The notes beneath the pieces were generated by a model. It was not told the DNA's origin, did not search any database, and worked only from the letters and a program-made list of their open reading frames with translations. This document shows, in pieces, positions 12,901 through 29,112 of a DNA stretch of 64,000 nt (the stretch's first letter is position 1; each line of letters opens with the position of its first letter). Source of the stretch: Eledone cirrhosa (Eukaryota); contig OZ024743.1 in assembly GCA_964016885.1 (NCBI GenBank), positions 68,076,001 to 68,140,000 on the forward strand, given 5' to 3'. The translations under genes and the position numbers were made by a program.

Positions 12901-13425
12901 TATCTTGGCACTACATGTTATGCAGTAATATTTTAAGACAGTATATTAGATAATAGAATCTTAACCTTAACAGTGCAGTTTATGTAATAAGAGTTTAACA
13001 CGATATATTATGTACTAATATCTTAACAAAATATATTATGTAGTAATATTTTAAAACTATATATTATCTGTCGATATTATACTAGATAATACTTTTAATA
13101 AATGTTTATTGTTTATCCATAGTGTCTGTATTCTCTGGTTTATATTCAGTATTTAATATTTGAGCTGTATCAACATAAATTTCAAGGTTTCATGATACAT
13201 AATACAGCAATAAAGAAACTAAAGTTTTATTGTATTCTATATTTACTGAACATCAAATAGGTAATCGTTTGTATCTGAAGGCTGAAATATATTGCAATAT
13301 TCCAATAACTCGATATTAAATATTTGGTTGCTATTCTATAACCCAAGTCAGACTTGATCGAGTAAGTTTATAGCACGTATATTGTCAGTGAAAAGATGAG
13401 ACATGATTCGTACATCTTATACTCA

Positions 13426-13448
13426 AGTTGTTGTTGTCGTTGCTGTCG

Positions 13449-13480
<32 letters not shown>

Positions 13481-13590
13481 CTTCTTCTTCTTCTTCTTCT
13501 TCTTCTTCTTCTTCTTCTTCTTCTTCTTCTTCTTCTTCTTCTTCTTCTTCTTCTTCTTCTTCTTCTTCTTCTTCTTCTTCTTCTTCTTCA
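13426..13590. repeat. (GTT)n-(CTT)n compound microsatellite
   Basis: Direct inspection. Confidence 0.97.
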
Positions 13591-13669
13591 TGGGAGAGTA
13601 GTGGGGTGAGAATCATCAACAGTCCTTCCAGCGTATATATGTATATATATATATATATGTATTTATTAA

Positions 13670-14010
13670 AATAACAGATTAAAGTTTAAGCAAAGAATCG
13701 CTGCTATCACCCTTTACTGGATCTTCTGAAACTAAAATAATCAATTTGTGAACACAGATGTAAATATTTCGAAAAACGTTGCAACCGAAGGAAGTCAGGA
13801 AGATGAACCTTTGGTTCGTGGAGACTTTCCCTGGCAAAAAAAACGAAAAAAAAAACGAAGATAATACGTCATCATTTGGACCGTTGAGAACAATTACACG
13901 CAAAGACTAAACCACGTTAATGGTATAACTGAAGTCGTAGACTAAAATTCTATTTTTTAAACCGAATGATTCTCGGCTTCAGAGTTAAGGACAATGTAAA
14001 TAAACTACAG
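13670..14010 (-). mobile_element. Family B copy with CAGAAGA hammerhead-like motif (13675-13748)
   Basis: Reverse complement matches 1405-1725 and 45130-45479. Confidence 0.6.
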
Positions 14011-14025
14011 AGGTTATGGAAATCA

Positions 14026-14127
<102 letters not shown>

Positions 14128-14189
14128 AGAAAGGGACGTTTTTTTTTTTTTTAACAAAATGAAAAATAACCGAGATGTCCTACACGATT

Positions 14190-14490
14190 GAATGTATAAA
14201 GAAAAAAATATGAAATCGAAAATGCAACTGGAGTCTTATTTAAAAAAAATATATATATTTATTTGGTTCCTTTACCTGTTTCGCAGTTCTTCTGCTTTTC
14301 AAAAGTAGAGTTGAGATGGAGGGTCTGTGTTTTTTCTCAGATGTGAGAAAAACCACAGACCCTCCATCTCAACTCCACTTCTGAAAAGCAGAAGAACTGC
14401 GAAACAGGTAAAGGAACCAAATAAATATATATATTTTTTTTTATTTAAAACTGCAGTTGCATTTTCGATTTCATCTTTTTTCTTTATATA
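14190..14490. mobile_element. Fold-back of family C with a hammerhead in each arm
   Basis: Inverted arms centred ~14341; cores TTGAAAA (14270-14305, -) and CTGAAAA (14378-14413, +). Confidence 0.8.
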
Positions 14491-14620
14491 TATATGTAAT
14501 AAATGTAATCTGAGTTTTTCGAATATTAATAATAACATTTGATTCGTTTGCAATTATGCAAAGAAGCCTCAATTTTATAGCCATGTCAGTAGAAGAAACC
14601 CTTCATTCCTGCTCTTGTGT

Positions 14621-14698
14621 TGGCATGTGAACAGAACTGCAGACACTAATGTTTCGGGGTATTACCCTTCATCAGTACAGTTCACTGTTCCCCTGCCA
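14621..14698 (-). ncRNA. Canonical type I hammerhead ribozyme with long stem I
   Basis: tggca..gaaca-gt-gaactgta CTGATGA a GGGT-aat-ACCC c GAAA CA-ttag-TG TC tgcagttc-tgttc..tgcca. Confidence 0.9.
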
Positions 14699-14726
14699 CA
14701 CTGTCAGAGCTAGTGAAAATATATGT

Positions 14727-14921
14727 TATAACAAGGGAAGTGTGGTAAGGAACCAGATGGACCATAACGCACCAGAGTACTCAATACTTAGGGTAGTAGA
14801 ATGGGTAATAGGAAAATGTTAAACTCCGACGGCAGAGCTCATCCCGTTTCGACGGCTGGACTTATTCAAGAAATAGCCGTCGAAACGGCTTGAGCTATGC
14901 CGTCGGGCTTTAACATTTACC

Positions 14922-14924
<3 letters not shown>
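14727..14924 (-). mobile_element. Family A copy with 5' fold-back
   Basis: Homologous to 187-377; inversion centre ~14863. Confidence 0.7.
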
Positions 14925-14968
<44 letters not shown>

Positions 14969-15234
14969 ATATGTATCTATCTCTCTCTCTATATATATAT
15001 ATATATGTATGTACACGTACATACATATATGTATACAGACGTACAGTAGTATGTATATATATATATACATACATGCATCCATATATACATGTACGTATGG
15101 ATTCACCGAACATTTATTATAATGCTAGGTGTGTTTGTAAACACTCCTACAAATGGAAGTACAGTATATTCGAAACCATAGCCTCAACAAAGCCGACGAA
15201 TGCTTTCAACAGTGCAGCCAAGCACTCATATATG

Positions 15235-18038
<2,804 letters not shown>

Positions 18039-18099
18039 ATATATATATATATATGTGTATCGTTTCTGAATTTGTTAAGCAAGATTCTTTATCTGAAAT

Positions 18100-18590
18100 C
18101 GTGTGTTGAAACCGATATTGTTAGACTTTGGGAGGGTCATGTTGCCAATAAGAAACACACGCACCAGATGTTTTCACTTCAATTTATTATAATAAGTTTA
18201 TAAATTTAGGAATTTATAAATTTCTGGTTGGTTGGTTGGTTCCACAACCAGGTAGTTATTTTGTCACATATTCTGTGACCTCTTTAGTGACTGGGGATTC
18301 TTTTCTTTGTTTTTGTGCCTCTCCTTTGTTCTGTCCTACGCCATTTTGTTTCTGTCTGTGTGTTGTGTGCTCAGTCTGCGCATGCGCCACATCCGGGTGT
18401 CTGTGTGTGTTTATATTCGTTTATTTATTTGTTTATTTACATGTTACCGGTTGGTTGTTTGTTCTATGTGCGTGTGTGTTTTCATTTTGTCCTTAATTGT
18501 AAGTTGTTATGTTGCTGTTCCACTCATATTTTCTATTTAATTTTGGTTGTAATTCTTTTATGTTTATTGCCTCTGTGATTTGTCTAAACA
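18100..18590. repeat. Dispersed ~480 nt repeat (second copy 49585-50069)
   Basis: High similarity between the two copies; at most a very degenerate hammerhead-like motif on the minus strand. Confidence 0.8.
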
Positions 18591-18734
18591 TTGCGTCTTT
18601 TCTGTGTGTAGATTCTATTTATATTTATATGTTCTCTAATTTACCCTTATGTTCTATTTTAGCATGTTGATAGAGTACAGATGATTCTATATATATAATA
18701 GAAAAAACGAGGGAGTTTCGTTTGCATATGAAAA

Positions 18735-19352
18735 ATATTTAAGGAACGCTTCATGAACCACCAGTCGACCTTTAGGTACCCGCACAGACTTTCATCCACA
18801 AAACTCGCGAGGCACGTATCGTCCCTCAAGGACTCAAGTATAGACTACTCCATTCAATTAAAAGCCATCACTAAGTCTAAGCCATACGCAACTGGAAACC
18901 CGTCGTGTGGACTATGTATTGATGAACAAATAAATATTCTAAAGAGATAATGAAACAGTGATTTCCTAAATACGAGAAATGAATTCTTCATACGTTGTCC
19001 ACACGTCTCGAAACACCTCTTACATAACTACAAAGCTCCGGATTGAATCACAACATCCTAATTTTCTTATCAACTAGAAACTTTTCGGTCTTTCGCTGTT
19101 ATCTCCCTTACACCTCTCGCACGCTTTTCAGTTTTGCCTGTGTGAAGTGACGGTTTCTTCGCATGCGCGTTCGTACGGTTGTCCTTCCTGTTCCGTATAA
19201 CCATATCCATTACGAGCTGAGTATCCTCTAAGGTGAAACAATTGTTCTCGGTATGGTGAACTAACTGTTCTGTAATCACTTCTACCTAACTCGTCCCATG
19301 GACTGAGGGCTCTACCACTACGGATATTACCTTCCAGTGTTCTACCTGCCCC
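18735..19352 (+). mobile_element. 5'-truncated PLE: GIY-YIG C-terminus, 3' UTR and degenerate hammerhead
   Basis: FKERFMNHQSTF..TKLARHVSSLK..PY..CGLCIDE..FLNTRNEFFIRCPH; cgag CTGAGTA..GAAAC aatt GTT ctcg at 19213-19250. Confidence 0.8.
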
Positions 19353-19425
<73 letters not shown>

Positions 19426-19883
19426 AAATAGGAGTTCGCTTCAAGCATAGCTTTATACAATTTGTATAAATATTTCGTATCTCCAAAGAAATACGGTTTT
19501 AGGAAGCCGTGGCTATGCAAACACCGGGGGGGGGGGGGGGGTAACGCCCTCTGGTATATATATATATATATATATGTATATATAATTGGTGTTGGATGCT
19601 GAAAGCGTCCGTATGCGGTAGGCCGTATAAACCCTTGATGCCCTCACAGAGCAGAGTATGATATCACAGATTTTAGAGTCAGGTTTGATCACCACATCGA
19701 TCGTGCCTCAAGCTGGTCGCCCGAGAAACAATTGTAAATTGTTTAAAACTTTAACCAAATTGTAGACAAAAACCCCCTCCTCCTCGTGAGAGGGGTCTTT
19801 CTGCCCGCTATTTGGCTCTTCGGGGTTAAATAACCGCTTATTGGGGTTTTGTCCCCAATATTTATTTTAAACAAAAAAAAAAC

Positions 19884-21960
19884 ATGGCTATGAAAAATGT
19901 TCACAAGTCACTTCCACTCATTCCGTCTTCTTCCTCAATCGTCACTACAGCAGAGAGAAGATTGTCTCTCTCCCTCCATTCTCAAAATGTGTCTATCTCC
20001 CTCCCTTCTCTTTCGCAAGCGACGCCAGTAAAGAAAAATCACGTGCAAAGCATGGAACATTGCTCCACGACGAAAAAGGTGTGCGGTAAATACGAAAACC
20101 CATTTCATTCGTCTGACGTCATGAATAATAGCAGTAGCAGCCGTAATAACAGCAGCAGCAGCAACAGTGACAAGGAAAACAACAGTAGCAGCCGAAACAG
20201 TATCAGCAGCAGCATAAACAACAACAGCATTAGCATCAACAGCAACAACAACAGCAACAGCAGCAACAACAACAACAACCACAGCAACAGCGGCAGCGGC
20301 AGTAGTCGTAGTACCTGCAGCAACAACAAAAGTAACACCAGCTCTGACGACAACAACAACAACAGCAGCAAAGAAAAACCACCTCGTTTGCAGGTATCGC
20401 AAAGAACCTGGAAATCATCCTCATAACAAATGAGAAATTACAGGAAGCGAAGAAGATGGTGACGAAAACCGGACATCGATCAATCTGCAAGGCAGCCGAA
20501 AATTTTTTCGAAACCCAACAGCACTGTACGGTCGCGTAACGTACAGTATGCACAAAATCCCGTAGGGTTGAAAGAGTCACAGAGGCTCAAATACAAAAAA
20601 AGCCTTAGTGTCTGTGTGGCAGCGGAAAACGCATATCACCCGAGGCAAGAAATATGCCACCGTAGACGTGCTTTTTGCCACACCCCAGGAGGCAAAGGCT
20701 CAATCCTTAGTGACCCTAAGGAGCGAGGAAATGGTGTTGGTGCCCTCCTACTGCCGGCAAAAAATTGTGAGGGTCAAACTGACCCCCCCCCCCCCCCGGG
20801 ATGGCCCCTTCTTGGCTGGCCGCGTCTGTCCTCGTCGGAATCGAGGACAAAACAACTGTACTGCAAGTACAGAAAAAACTAAGAGTAGATTGGGTCGGCT
20901 CCTCCATTGAGATGTTAATCCAAACCAACCAGGAGTGCATCGAAGCTATCCCGGATGTGATAGACTTCGATAACGGCACTCAACTGCCCATAAGTGTTGA
21001 GGGCAAACGCCTGAAATGCTTTCGCTGTGGATCGAAGACTCACCTCAGGGCCTTCTGCAACGAGAAGACCCTGAGAAAGGAGAAAACCCCCCTCCTTCCG
21101 AAACCGGCTCCACGACTACCAGCAACAGGACAAGCGGCAACCAGGAACGATAGGTCCGTGGCACCCATACCCACGCCACGGAAATCAAGAACAGCAGCAG
21201 CAGTGGAAGTATTAACAACAACAACAGTAATACCAAATACAGCTGCAACAGAGACTCCACTGCAAACATCGCCAACAACAACAAGTGAAAGAGTGGAGCT
21301 GGTACCCCTCCCCGACCTAACAGAATCAGACATGGAGTGTGAGGTGGGAGAGGGATGGCAAAAGGTCGTAAGAATGCACAAACGCAGAAGCAGCGCATCG
21401 TCGCTTTCGAAAATGGAGGAAAGAAATGAAAAAAGGGTAAAGGCTACTGCAACGAGACTCACAGCAGCAACACCACTAACATCATCACCACCCACACTAG
21501 CACCACCATCACCACCGGCGACAACCCCACCGCCAACAACAACAACACCTTCAACACCGCCACCACAAGCACCAACATCGCAAACACAACAACAAAACAC
21601 ACACACCCAGAAAAAAAATGCACGGCAATAAATACACACAACAAGAAACTAATGACTTACATAATTGAACACACAGACATTTCACAGCACGACTACATAA
21701 TACCAGCACGAATCAAAACGCCAACGAACATAAGACTGGTAAAAATAGCACAGAATCAATATACAAACATTAAAACGAAATTCCCCAACGCAGTTGGTGA
21801 TTTCAGAGACCTAGGAGGGCCTCTCAACCGGAGAGTATATTCGGACATACTCATAGAAGAGACGACGACCAGCCGAATGGACGATTCAACGGTCCCTTCA
21901 CCAGACGATCAAGTGAAAAAGGATGGGGAAACCATCCTTGCTCTACGAAAAGTACGGTAA
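19884..21960 (+). pseudogene. Tx1-like ORF1 (gag-like zinc-knuckle protein), frameshifted
   Basis: ORF pieces 19884-20426, 20801-21631 and 21652-21960 directly upstream of ORF2. Confidence 0.7.
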
Positions 21961-21995
21961 GTGGTCTTTCCCATCTTTTCCACTCCATTTTAAAC

Positions 21996-23625
21996 ATGAC
22001 CTCACTCAGAATAGGCAGCATAAATGCGCGTGGCTTGGGGTCGTCATGGAAGCAGGGTCACCTGCTCAACGGCCTCAGGTCACTAATCATAGATGTAGTG
22101 GCCATCAGCGAGACCAGAATCTCCGTAGCACGGGCCTTCGCACCGATCTTCGGTGGCTACGATGTGTACGCATCTCCCAGCCGTCCGGGATCGGGGGAAG
22201 GAGTTGCTGTGCTTTTTCGGAGAAGTTTGGATCTCGCCATACGGGCCATCTTCCTGGACCTAGAGGGTAAATTGGTGGTGCTGGACGTGACCAGCGTAGA
22301 CGGGCAAGCTTTCAGGCTAGTGGCCGTCTATGCCCCGACAGGAGCAGGGCGGCCTGATTTCTTCCGTCGTCTGGAGACCTTTCTTGGAACGTCCGGCTCT
22401 TTAGTGTTTAGTGAGCGACTGGAACGGGATCTTAGATGCACGCTGGGACTGTGTGGGATTAGCGGATAGGGGTGGAGTGTGCAAGAGACTCACCAACCTG
22501 CTCAGGCGTTTTGAACTGTCTGACAGGTACCGATTGGATTTCCCGAATGTGCCAATGTGGACTTGGACAAATCGCATAGGATCATCCAGATAATATTTAG
22601 ATAGAGTATTTTGTAGGGAAATAGATAGGTCTAGCATAGGCTGTCCACAATTCAAGATAGTCAGCTACACGGACCACAAATTCGTGATCTGTGTGCTTGA
22701 CTTAGATAGGCTTCATAGACGAGGACCCGGAACTGGAAGCTAAACGCGTCAATCCAGCGCGCAAGGCCTACAGAGTTAAATTGCTAGGGGTCTGGGACGA
22801 GGTGAAGAGCAGGGTGACTTCTCTCACCCAGAAATGGGCGGAGAGGAAGCTATCCCTGAAAGGTCGAGCGGAGGTGGCTAACGCGTACATCGCGTCTGTC
22901 ATGTGCTACCGCCTGACCGTCGTACCTTGTCCTAAGCCCCGCCTGTCTGTGCTGGAGCGTTTGCGCTTTCGCTTTTCGTGGAAGGGACGCGCTCCGAAGG
23001 TCAGGCGGTCCATCTGCTGTCAACACCCGCTACGTGGAGGGCTGGGAATGCCGTGGCTGATGATACGCAGACTACGCGCTCAGGCTACATCTCCACCTCT
23101 TCCTCGAAGGTGATCAGGTGTGGTCGCCGTTTGCTAGACACGTATTTCCCCAGCTCGTTACCTTGACGGAGCTGCAGTCCTGGGTCAAGCGAAGACCGAG
23201 AGTGAGCATGTCCGAGATGCGCGCAGGGCAACGAAACCGTCCTGCACGCACTCGTCTAGTGTCCGAAAATTGTTGACTTGTGGGTTTATGTCGAACACCT
23301 GCTGTCGCGTGTAGGACGGATCCGGCCATCATCTGAGTCCATCGTGAGGATTGCCCCGCCCTCTTCCTTTAGCCGGGAAGGGCAGGCAGTTTTTATCTAT
23401 CTGGTGACCATGGTGAAAGAGATAGTATGGTGGCCACGTTTGAAAGGGCTGAAGACGAGCACTTACATCTTCGGTGATGCCCTGATTGACCTTTTCAAAT
23501 TTCATTTGAAAAGGAAAATCAGAGTAGAGAGGGAAGTGGTCTCTTCCCAGCATTTTGTTGAAAGATGGGTGAGAGAAGCAAGAATGGCCCGAGTGAATGG
23601 GCCTACTCTGAGTACGTATATGTAA
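21996..23625 (+). pseudogene. Tx1-like ORF2 remnant (endonuclease + C-terminus, RT core missing)
   Basis: APE motifs to ~22750, then immediately post-RT motifs; no YADD region. Confidence 0.8.
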
Positions 23626-23875
23626 ATTAAAGGTGGAAAACTGGGAGAGGGCACTTGCCTTGGTGGTGAGGGTCACTGTGGCCTTTTACTGGGCTTTCTC
23701 CACAAATGTCCCTCCGAAGTCTCCCCCCTATTGGGGAATCTTTCATTATTATTTTTTGTTACATCCTCTGTTTTTGTTTTTTACACGCAGAAATGCCCAT
23801 TAGTACCGTCCTGTATTGTCCTGCACTGTCCTTAATGTCTACTTTATGTAAACTCTTGTGGTTAATAAAGAAATC

Positions 23876-23934
23876 ATTATTATTATTATTATTAGTAGTA
23901 GTAGTAGTAGAAGTAGTAGTAGTATTATTATTAT

Positions 23935-23966
<32 letters not shown>

Positions 23967-23978
23967 TTGGAAGTGTTG

Positions 23979-24023
<45 letters not shown>

Positions 24024-24112
24024 ATAGTAGTAGTAGTAGTAGTAGTAGTAGAAGTAGTAGTAGCGGCAGTAGTAGCAGTAGTAGTAGTAGTAGTAGTAGT
24101 ACTAATAGTAGC

Positions 24113-24191
<79 letters not shown>

Positions 24192-24328
24192 CCAGCATTA
24201 TTAGTAGTAGGAGTAATATTAGTAGTAATAGTAGTAGTTTCATCAGTAGCAGCAGCAGTAGTAGCATCTGTAGCAGCAGCAGTAGTAGTAGCAGCAGCAA
24301 CAGTAGTAGTAGAAATAGTAGTAGTAGT
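23876..24328. repeat. (ATT)n-(AGT)n/(AGC)n microsatellite at the LINE 3' end
   Basis: Direct inspection. Confidence 0.97.
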
Positions 24329-24554
24329 TATATATCTCTCTGTGTGTCTCTACAAAACGGTCCATCCACCCCGTTTTACTATTCTCTATTTCTATCTTTC
24401 TTTTCCATATCTCTTCTCCCACCCAAAATGTCTCTTCTACTAACTCCATCCCTCTCACGCCTTTTATGCATCCCAATACCTCTCTTCCTCACACTACTAA
24501 CCCTTTATCTCACTCCTTGGCCCTCTCTCATCAATTCTCTCCCGTACACTATTT

Positions 24555-25125
24555 GCCAGTATTGGCAGAGCGTAGGACAATATGCTTTGTGGTATTTAGT
24601 TATGACCCTTTGCACTCTGATTTCAAATCCCGCCGAAGTTGACTTTGTCTTTTATCCTCATGGGGTCGATAAAATAATGATTTCTAGGATAGGCACAAGA
24701 CCAGTAATTTGGGGGGAAGGGAAAGTCGATTAAATCGACACCAGTGCGTGACTGGTACTTTATTTTTTCGAACCCGTAAAGATGAAAGGCAAAGTTAACC
24801 TCGGGCGGGATTTGAACTCAAACCGTAAAGTGCTGTAACTTCATGCTGCAAAGCATGATGTCCGACTCATAACCGATACTGCTAATACACCACCCTAACG
24901 GGATCGATAAAATAATGTACCAGTAATACACTGGAGGCAATGTAATCGACTTTCCCCACCAAAAAAAAATTGCTGGACTTGTGCCTATACCAGAAAACAT
25001 TAGAAGGGTAGTAGTGAGTTCTAATTCTGGCGAGGTTACTTTGCATTTCATCCTTAGGGTTATATCGATTTAATCGACTTTCCCTCCCCCACAATTGCTG
25101 GCCTTGTGCCTAAATTAGAAACCCC
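24555..25125. mobile_element. Cluster of four partial tRNA-derived SINE copies in mixed orientation
   Basis: Repeated tttcatcc..gggtcgataaaa and ttgctggccttgtgcc segments; 24730-24880 is inverted. Confidence 0.75.
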
Positions 25126-25697
25126 TATTTATCTCTGCCACCCATTAATTCATTCCTCACTCCTTCCATATTTCATTAACATCCTCTTGCTCTCTCACTA
25201 CTCTTCCTTTCACTACATTTCTCCCTCATACTACCCCCTCTCCTCTCACTACTCTATTTCATGTCATTACCTCTCCTTGTCTCACTACCTCTCTCACTAT
25301 CATATATGTCACAAACACACATGTACACACATGCGCATATATGCACATATATGCATACAAACACACACACTCACATGTTCACAAACACACACACACTCAT
25401 ATACTTGTACACACATCCATAGTGCAGGCATCAATAGATATTCACACATCGATACACATGCACACACGCATACACATGCGCACACATGCACATATATGCA
25501 CACACATACACATACACATGATCGCACACTGATACACATACACGTATATATATATATATATATACTGTATATATAATATATATATAATATTATAATGTTA
25601 TAAAATTAAATCAAATTATTTAATATTTAACACAAGTGAAGTCATTCTTTTCCTTTTTTTCAAATATACCTAACACTCCCAAGGATCTCACACATCT

Positions 25698-25738
<41 letters not shown>

Positions 25739-25744
25739 TATATA

Positions 25745-27800
25745 AATTGAAAGAGTGAAGAATAACATGGTCAACAGTACACAAAAGGGGTTTTATTTAC
25801 AGTGTAACAACTGTTTCACTGATTAAGTTGTCTAAAAATTGCTGAACACTTGGAGCTGTACCACTCAATTTGAAATACGTTGTTAGCTGAACCTGATCAT
25901 CGAAGAAATTGTTAAAATTCACGAATTCAAATTAAAACATCATCAATAATATTAATAATAAAGATAGAGAGAGAAAAAAAGAAAAGTAATACCGAAAAGA
26001 GTTAGAAAGAGATGAGAAAATGATGAATAAAAAATGAAAAATAAAAGGTAAATAAAAATAAAAATAAAGGGAAAAATAATGATATCAACAATAAATGAAT
26101 AAATGCTAATAAATAAGTTACATCGAGGATGATACAAAATAATACAAACTATTAAAATAAATAAATAAAAAATGTTTATATGTGCGAAGAAAAGTAAACA
26201 TAGTAAGATTATTGAGAGTAGTTGTGGTGTTGGTGGTTAAAACATAGAGATACGAAGGTATAAACATGAAAATGTTAAATATATTCATGTGTGTATTAGT
26301 TATTTTAATGAATTAATTAGATAATTAATTAATTATTATTTGATTAATTAATTATAAATATATATATATATATATATATGTTAATTCGAAATATTAACAA
26401 AATATAGGTATATATAGATATATAGGTATATATAGGTATATAAACATAGATTGTTAACATGATCTCTTGGTTAATATGCATATCATTTAATAGTGTAGAT
26501 ACATTTAATTTGATTGAGATTCTTGTATATATTTTTAAATAAATAGCTTATATGGTTAACAGTTCTAATGAACCGTAAATCATTCATGCATTTATGTACT
26601 TGTGTATTTATTCGTTTGGAGTATGTTAGTTTTACGATGCAGGATGTTTGATTTATATGTTTATATTTATTTATATATATTTATGGTATATACGTCGCAC
26701 ACGATCCTAGTCGACACACTTTTTCCACTTAACTTGATGTAAAACTTCAATTATAACTTTACTAACAATGATTGTATTTATTATTTACTTATTATATGTA
26801 TATGGATCACTAATATCGTTTTGAGTTCCGAACAGAATATTCTATATATATTTGGACAAATGTGTACATCTAGTATAATAACATGCTTCGAGCTACATTT
26901 ATAACTACTTTAGATACTTAAGGACATTCTAGTGTTATAATTGTTAACTATTTTCTAAATTATATAACGATTATTATTTTTTAATTAAATTCGGATTACC
27001 TTCGGGTCAATGGAAATCTTAAGTTTTCTCTTTCTCATGTTTGCAGACACTTTAAATATATTATGCTACAATATAGATCCCTAAACAAATTTTCTTGTAT
27101 TTTAAAATTATATAACTTAAATATTTGGCACTTTTATGATCACAAACAATTTACTTTTTTACATTTAATCTGGTTCTTATCCTTATGATTCACGAAGTTT
27201 GATTTGTATATTTATAGTATATATGTATTACATGATCCTAATATAATAACCTTAATGTTTAACAATATTAACAGTAACTTATTTATTATATTATATTATA
27301 TTATGCTATGTATAACTGACTAATATGGTCTTGAACTTTAGACAATATCCTCTTTGTATATATATTTAGACAAATGCATATATCTAATTTAATAATACCC
27401 TTTTTTTTAGTTTAATTATAAGGCCTTTTTTAAGTTTAATTATAAGGCCTTTAGATACTTTAAGGCATTCTAATTGTTAATTAAAAATGTTTAAGGTTAT
27501 AACTGTAATTATTTTCTAAATTATATAATGTGAATTATTTCAATATATACAAAAAAACTTTTTCAATATAATATAAGATAATATAATTTAATATGGATTA
27601 CCTTCGTGAGGATGAACATATTAAGTATTTCTTCTCATGTTTGCAAATACTTTAAATATGATTTTATAAATTAAATATGATAGTATACTTTAATATTAAT
27701 ATAGATATTTATAAACATTTATAGCCTGAAATATTATACATTTTGATTAATTCATTATTCTAAACTAACATAAATGATTTGAAATTTAAAGGTCAGCCGG
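25745..27800 (-). mobile_element. Very AT-rich, heavily decayed PLE-like element with internal direct duplication
   Basis: 3' end resembles 48757-48900 (GAAAC agtt GTT..AATAAA); faint GIY-YIG-like residues ~26600-26670; 26850-27070 is duplicated at 27350-27670. Confidence 0.35.
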
Positions 27801-27883
27801 ATACGTTTGGATATATATAGTGTATATAATTAGTTGTTAGTATATTTCTAATTGACTAAGGACTCGAAATTAAACCTTCATAT

Positions 27884-27999
27884 AATTGTTTCTACATTTG
27901 GCAGAAGGCCATCAATTACCCAGTGTATTACTGGTACTTTATTTTATGGACCCCGAAAGGATGAAAGGCAAAGTTAACCTCGGCGGGATTTGAACTCAG
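27884..27999 (-). mobile_element. tRNA-derived SINE, partial
   Basis: Reverse complement of the SINE B-box-to-tail region. Confidence 0.8.
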
Positions 28000-28736
28000 A
28001 CTTCATATAATTACACCCAGATATATTTAATATTTAGATTGATGGATACTTCTAGATAATACAATAATTCAAAGATTCGAGTTTAATCTTTCACAAAGCT
28101 ATGCCTAAATGTATATTCATGTGTTTGTACAGATATATATAATTTTTGCATTATCTAATTACACCCTATTTATCCACGACAATACAAACCTCACTCCCTA
28201 TGCTTTATACTATAAAAATTATTCCTCCTTGTCTCTCTATCCTTGATCATTTCTCTTTTGCTTTCTATACATGTAGTAACTATATTTTCTCCTCTCTGTC
28301 TTTCTTCTTTCTTCTTTCTTCAATAACTTAAATTATTGGAATCTCTAACAATTATGTAAATTGCTATTATGTATTTTTAAGCTTCCTCGCACGCACCCTC
28401 TGTATTATATGTAAGTTATTTCATGTCTCAATCTTAAGGTATATAAATATTGAGTTTTGTTGTATCTTATTCACTACCATGACTGAATCTTAACCATCTA
28501 TTATGTCAGGGTATGTCACGCATCATCTTAATTTATTTGATTATGACGTACTGTTCAAGTTAGCTCAGTATCTCTGAAATATGTATAATAAAATATACTT
28601 GATCACACGAATGTCTATTTTTATTAATATTTTGAATTAATATTAATAACTCCGGAAAACCATTTTAATTGTTGAATGCTTCCAATCTATTGTAAAACTC
28701 ATTCTTTGATTTATTCATTGAACCTTGTTTAACCTT

Positions 28737-28781
<45 letters not shown>

Positions 28782-28817
28782 ATATATACTGTATATCTAA
28801 ATTCTAAAGTCTGTCTT

Positions 28818-29065
28818 AAGCCGGTGCTTATCCCGGTTTGATGGCGTGAAGCGACTGAGAGTACAAGACTCCCTCCTGGACAGGACGCCAGTCCATCGCA
28901 GGGTTAAACCCCCAGCTATTGCTGGTACTCATTTTCAGCTGAGTATACTGGAGCAACATGAAATGAAGTGGTTTAGTCAAGAACACAACACGCAACCCAG
29001 GATTCGAGCCCATGACATTATGATCGTAAGTCCAACGCTCTTACCACTAGGCCACGTGCCTCCAC
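28818..29065 (-). mobile_element. Second tRNA-derived SINE family with conserved central domain (other copies 52920-53230, 47505-47620)
   Basis: A-box TGGCCTAGTGG, B-box GGCTCGAATCC, then cctgcgatggactggcgtcctgtccagg..gtcgcttcacgc..aaaccgggataagc. Confidence 0.8.
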
Positions 29066-29075
29066 ACACACTCAA

Positions 29076-29110
<35 letters not shown>

Positions 29111-29112
29111 GA

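Larger units (their letters stand above)
19640..23875 (+). mobile_element. L1-Tx1-like LINE, internally deleted
   Basis: ORF1 with CCHC knuckle CFRCGSKTHLRAFC; ORF2 APE domain (SINARGL, ISET, VYAP, DWN, YLDR, TDHK); post-RT LSLKGRAEV..GGLGMP; AATAAA + (ATT)n tail. Confidence 0.88.

Noticed and set aside
23706-24733. Long poly-Ser, poly-Val and poly-Leu ORFs
   Set aside because: (AGT)n microsatellite at a LINE tail.
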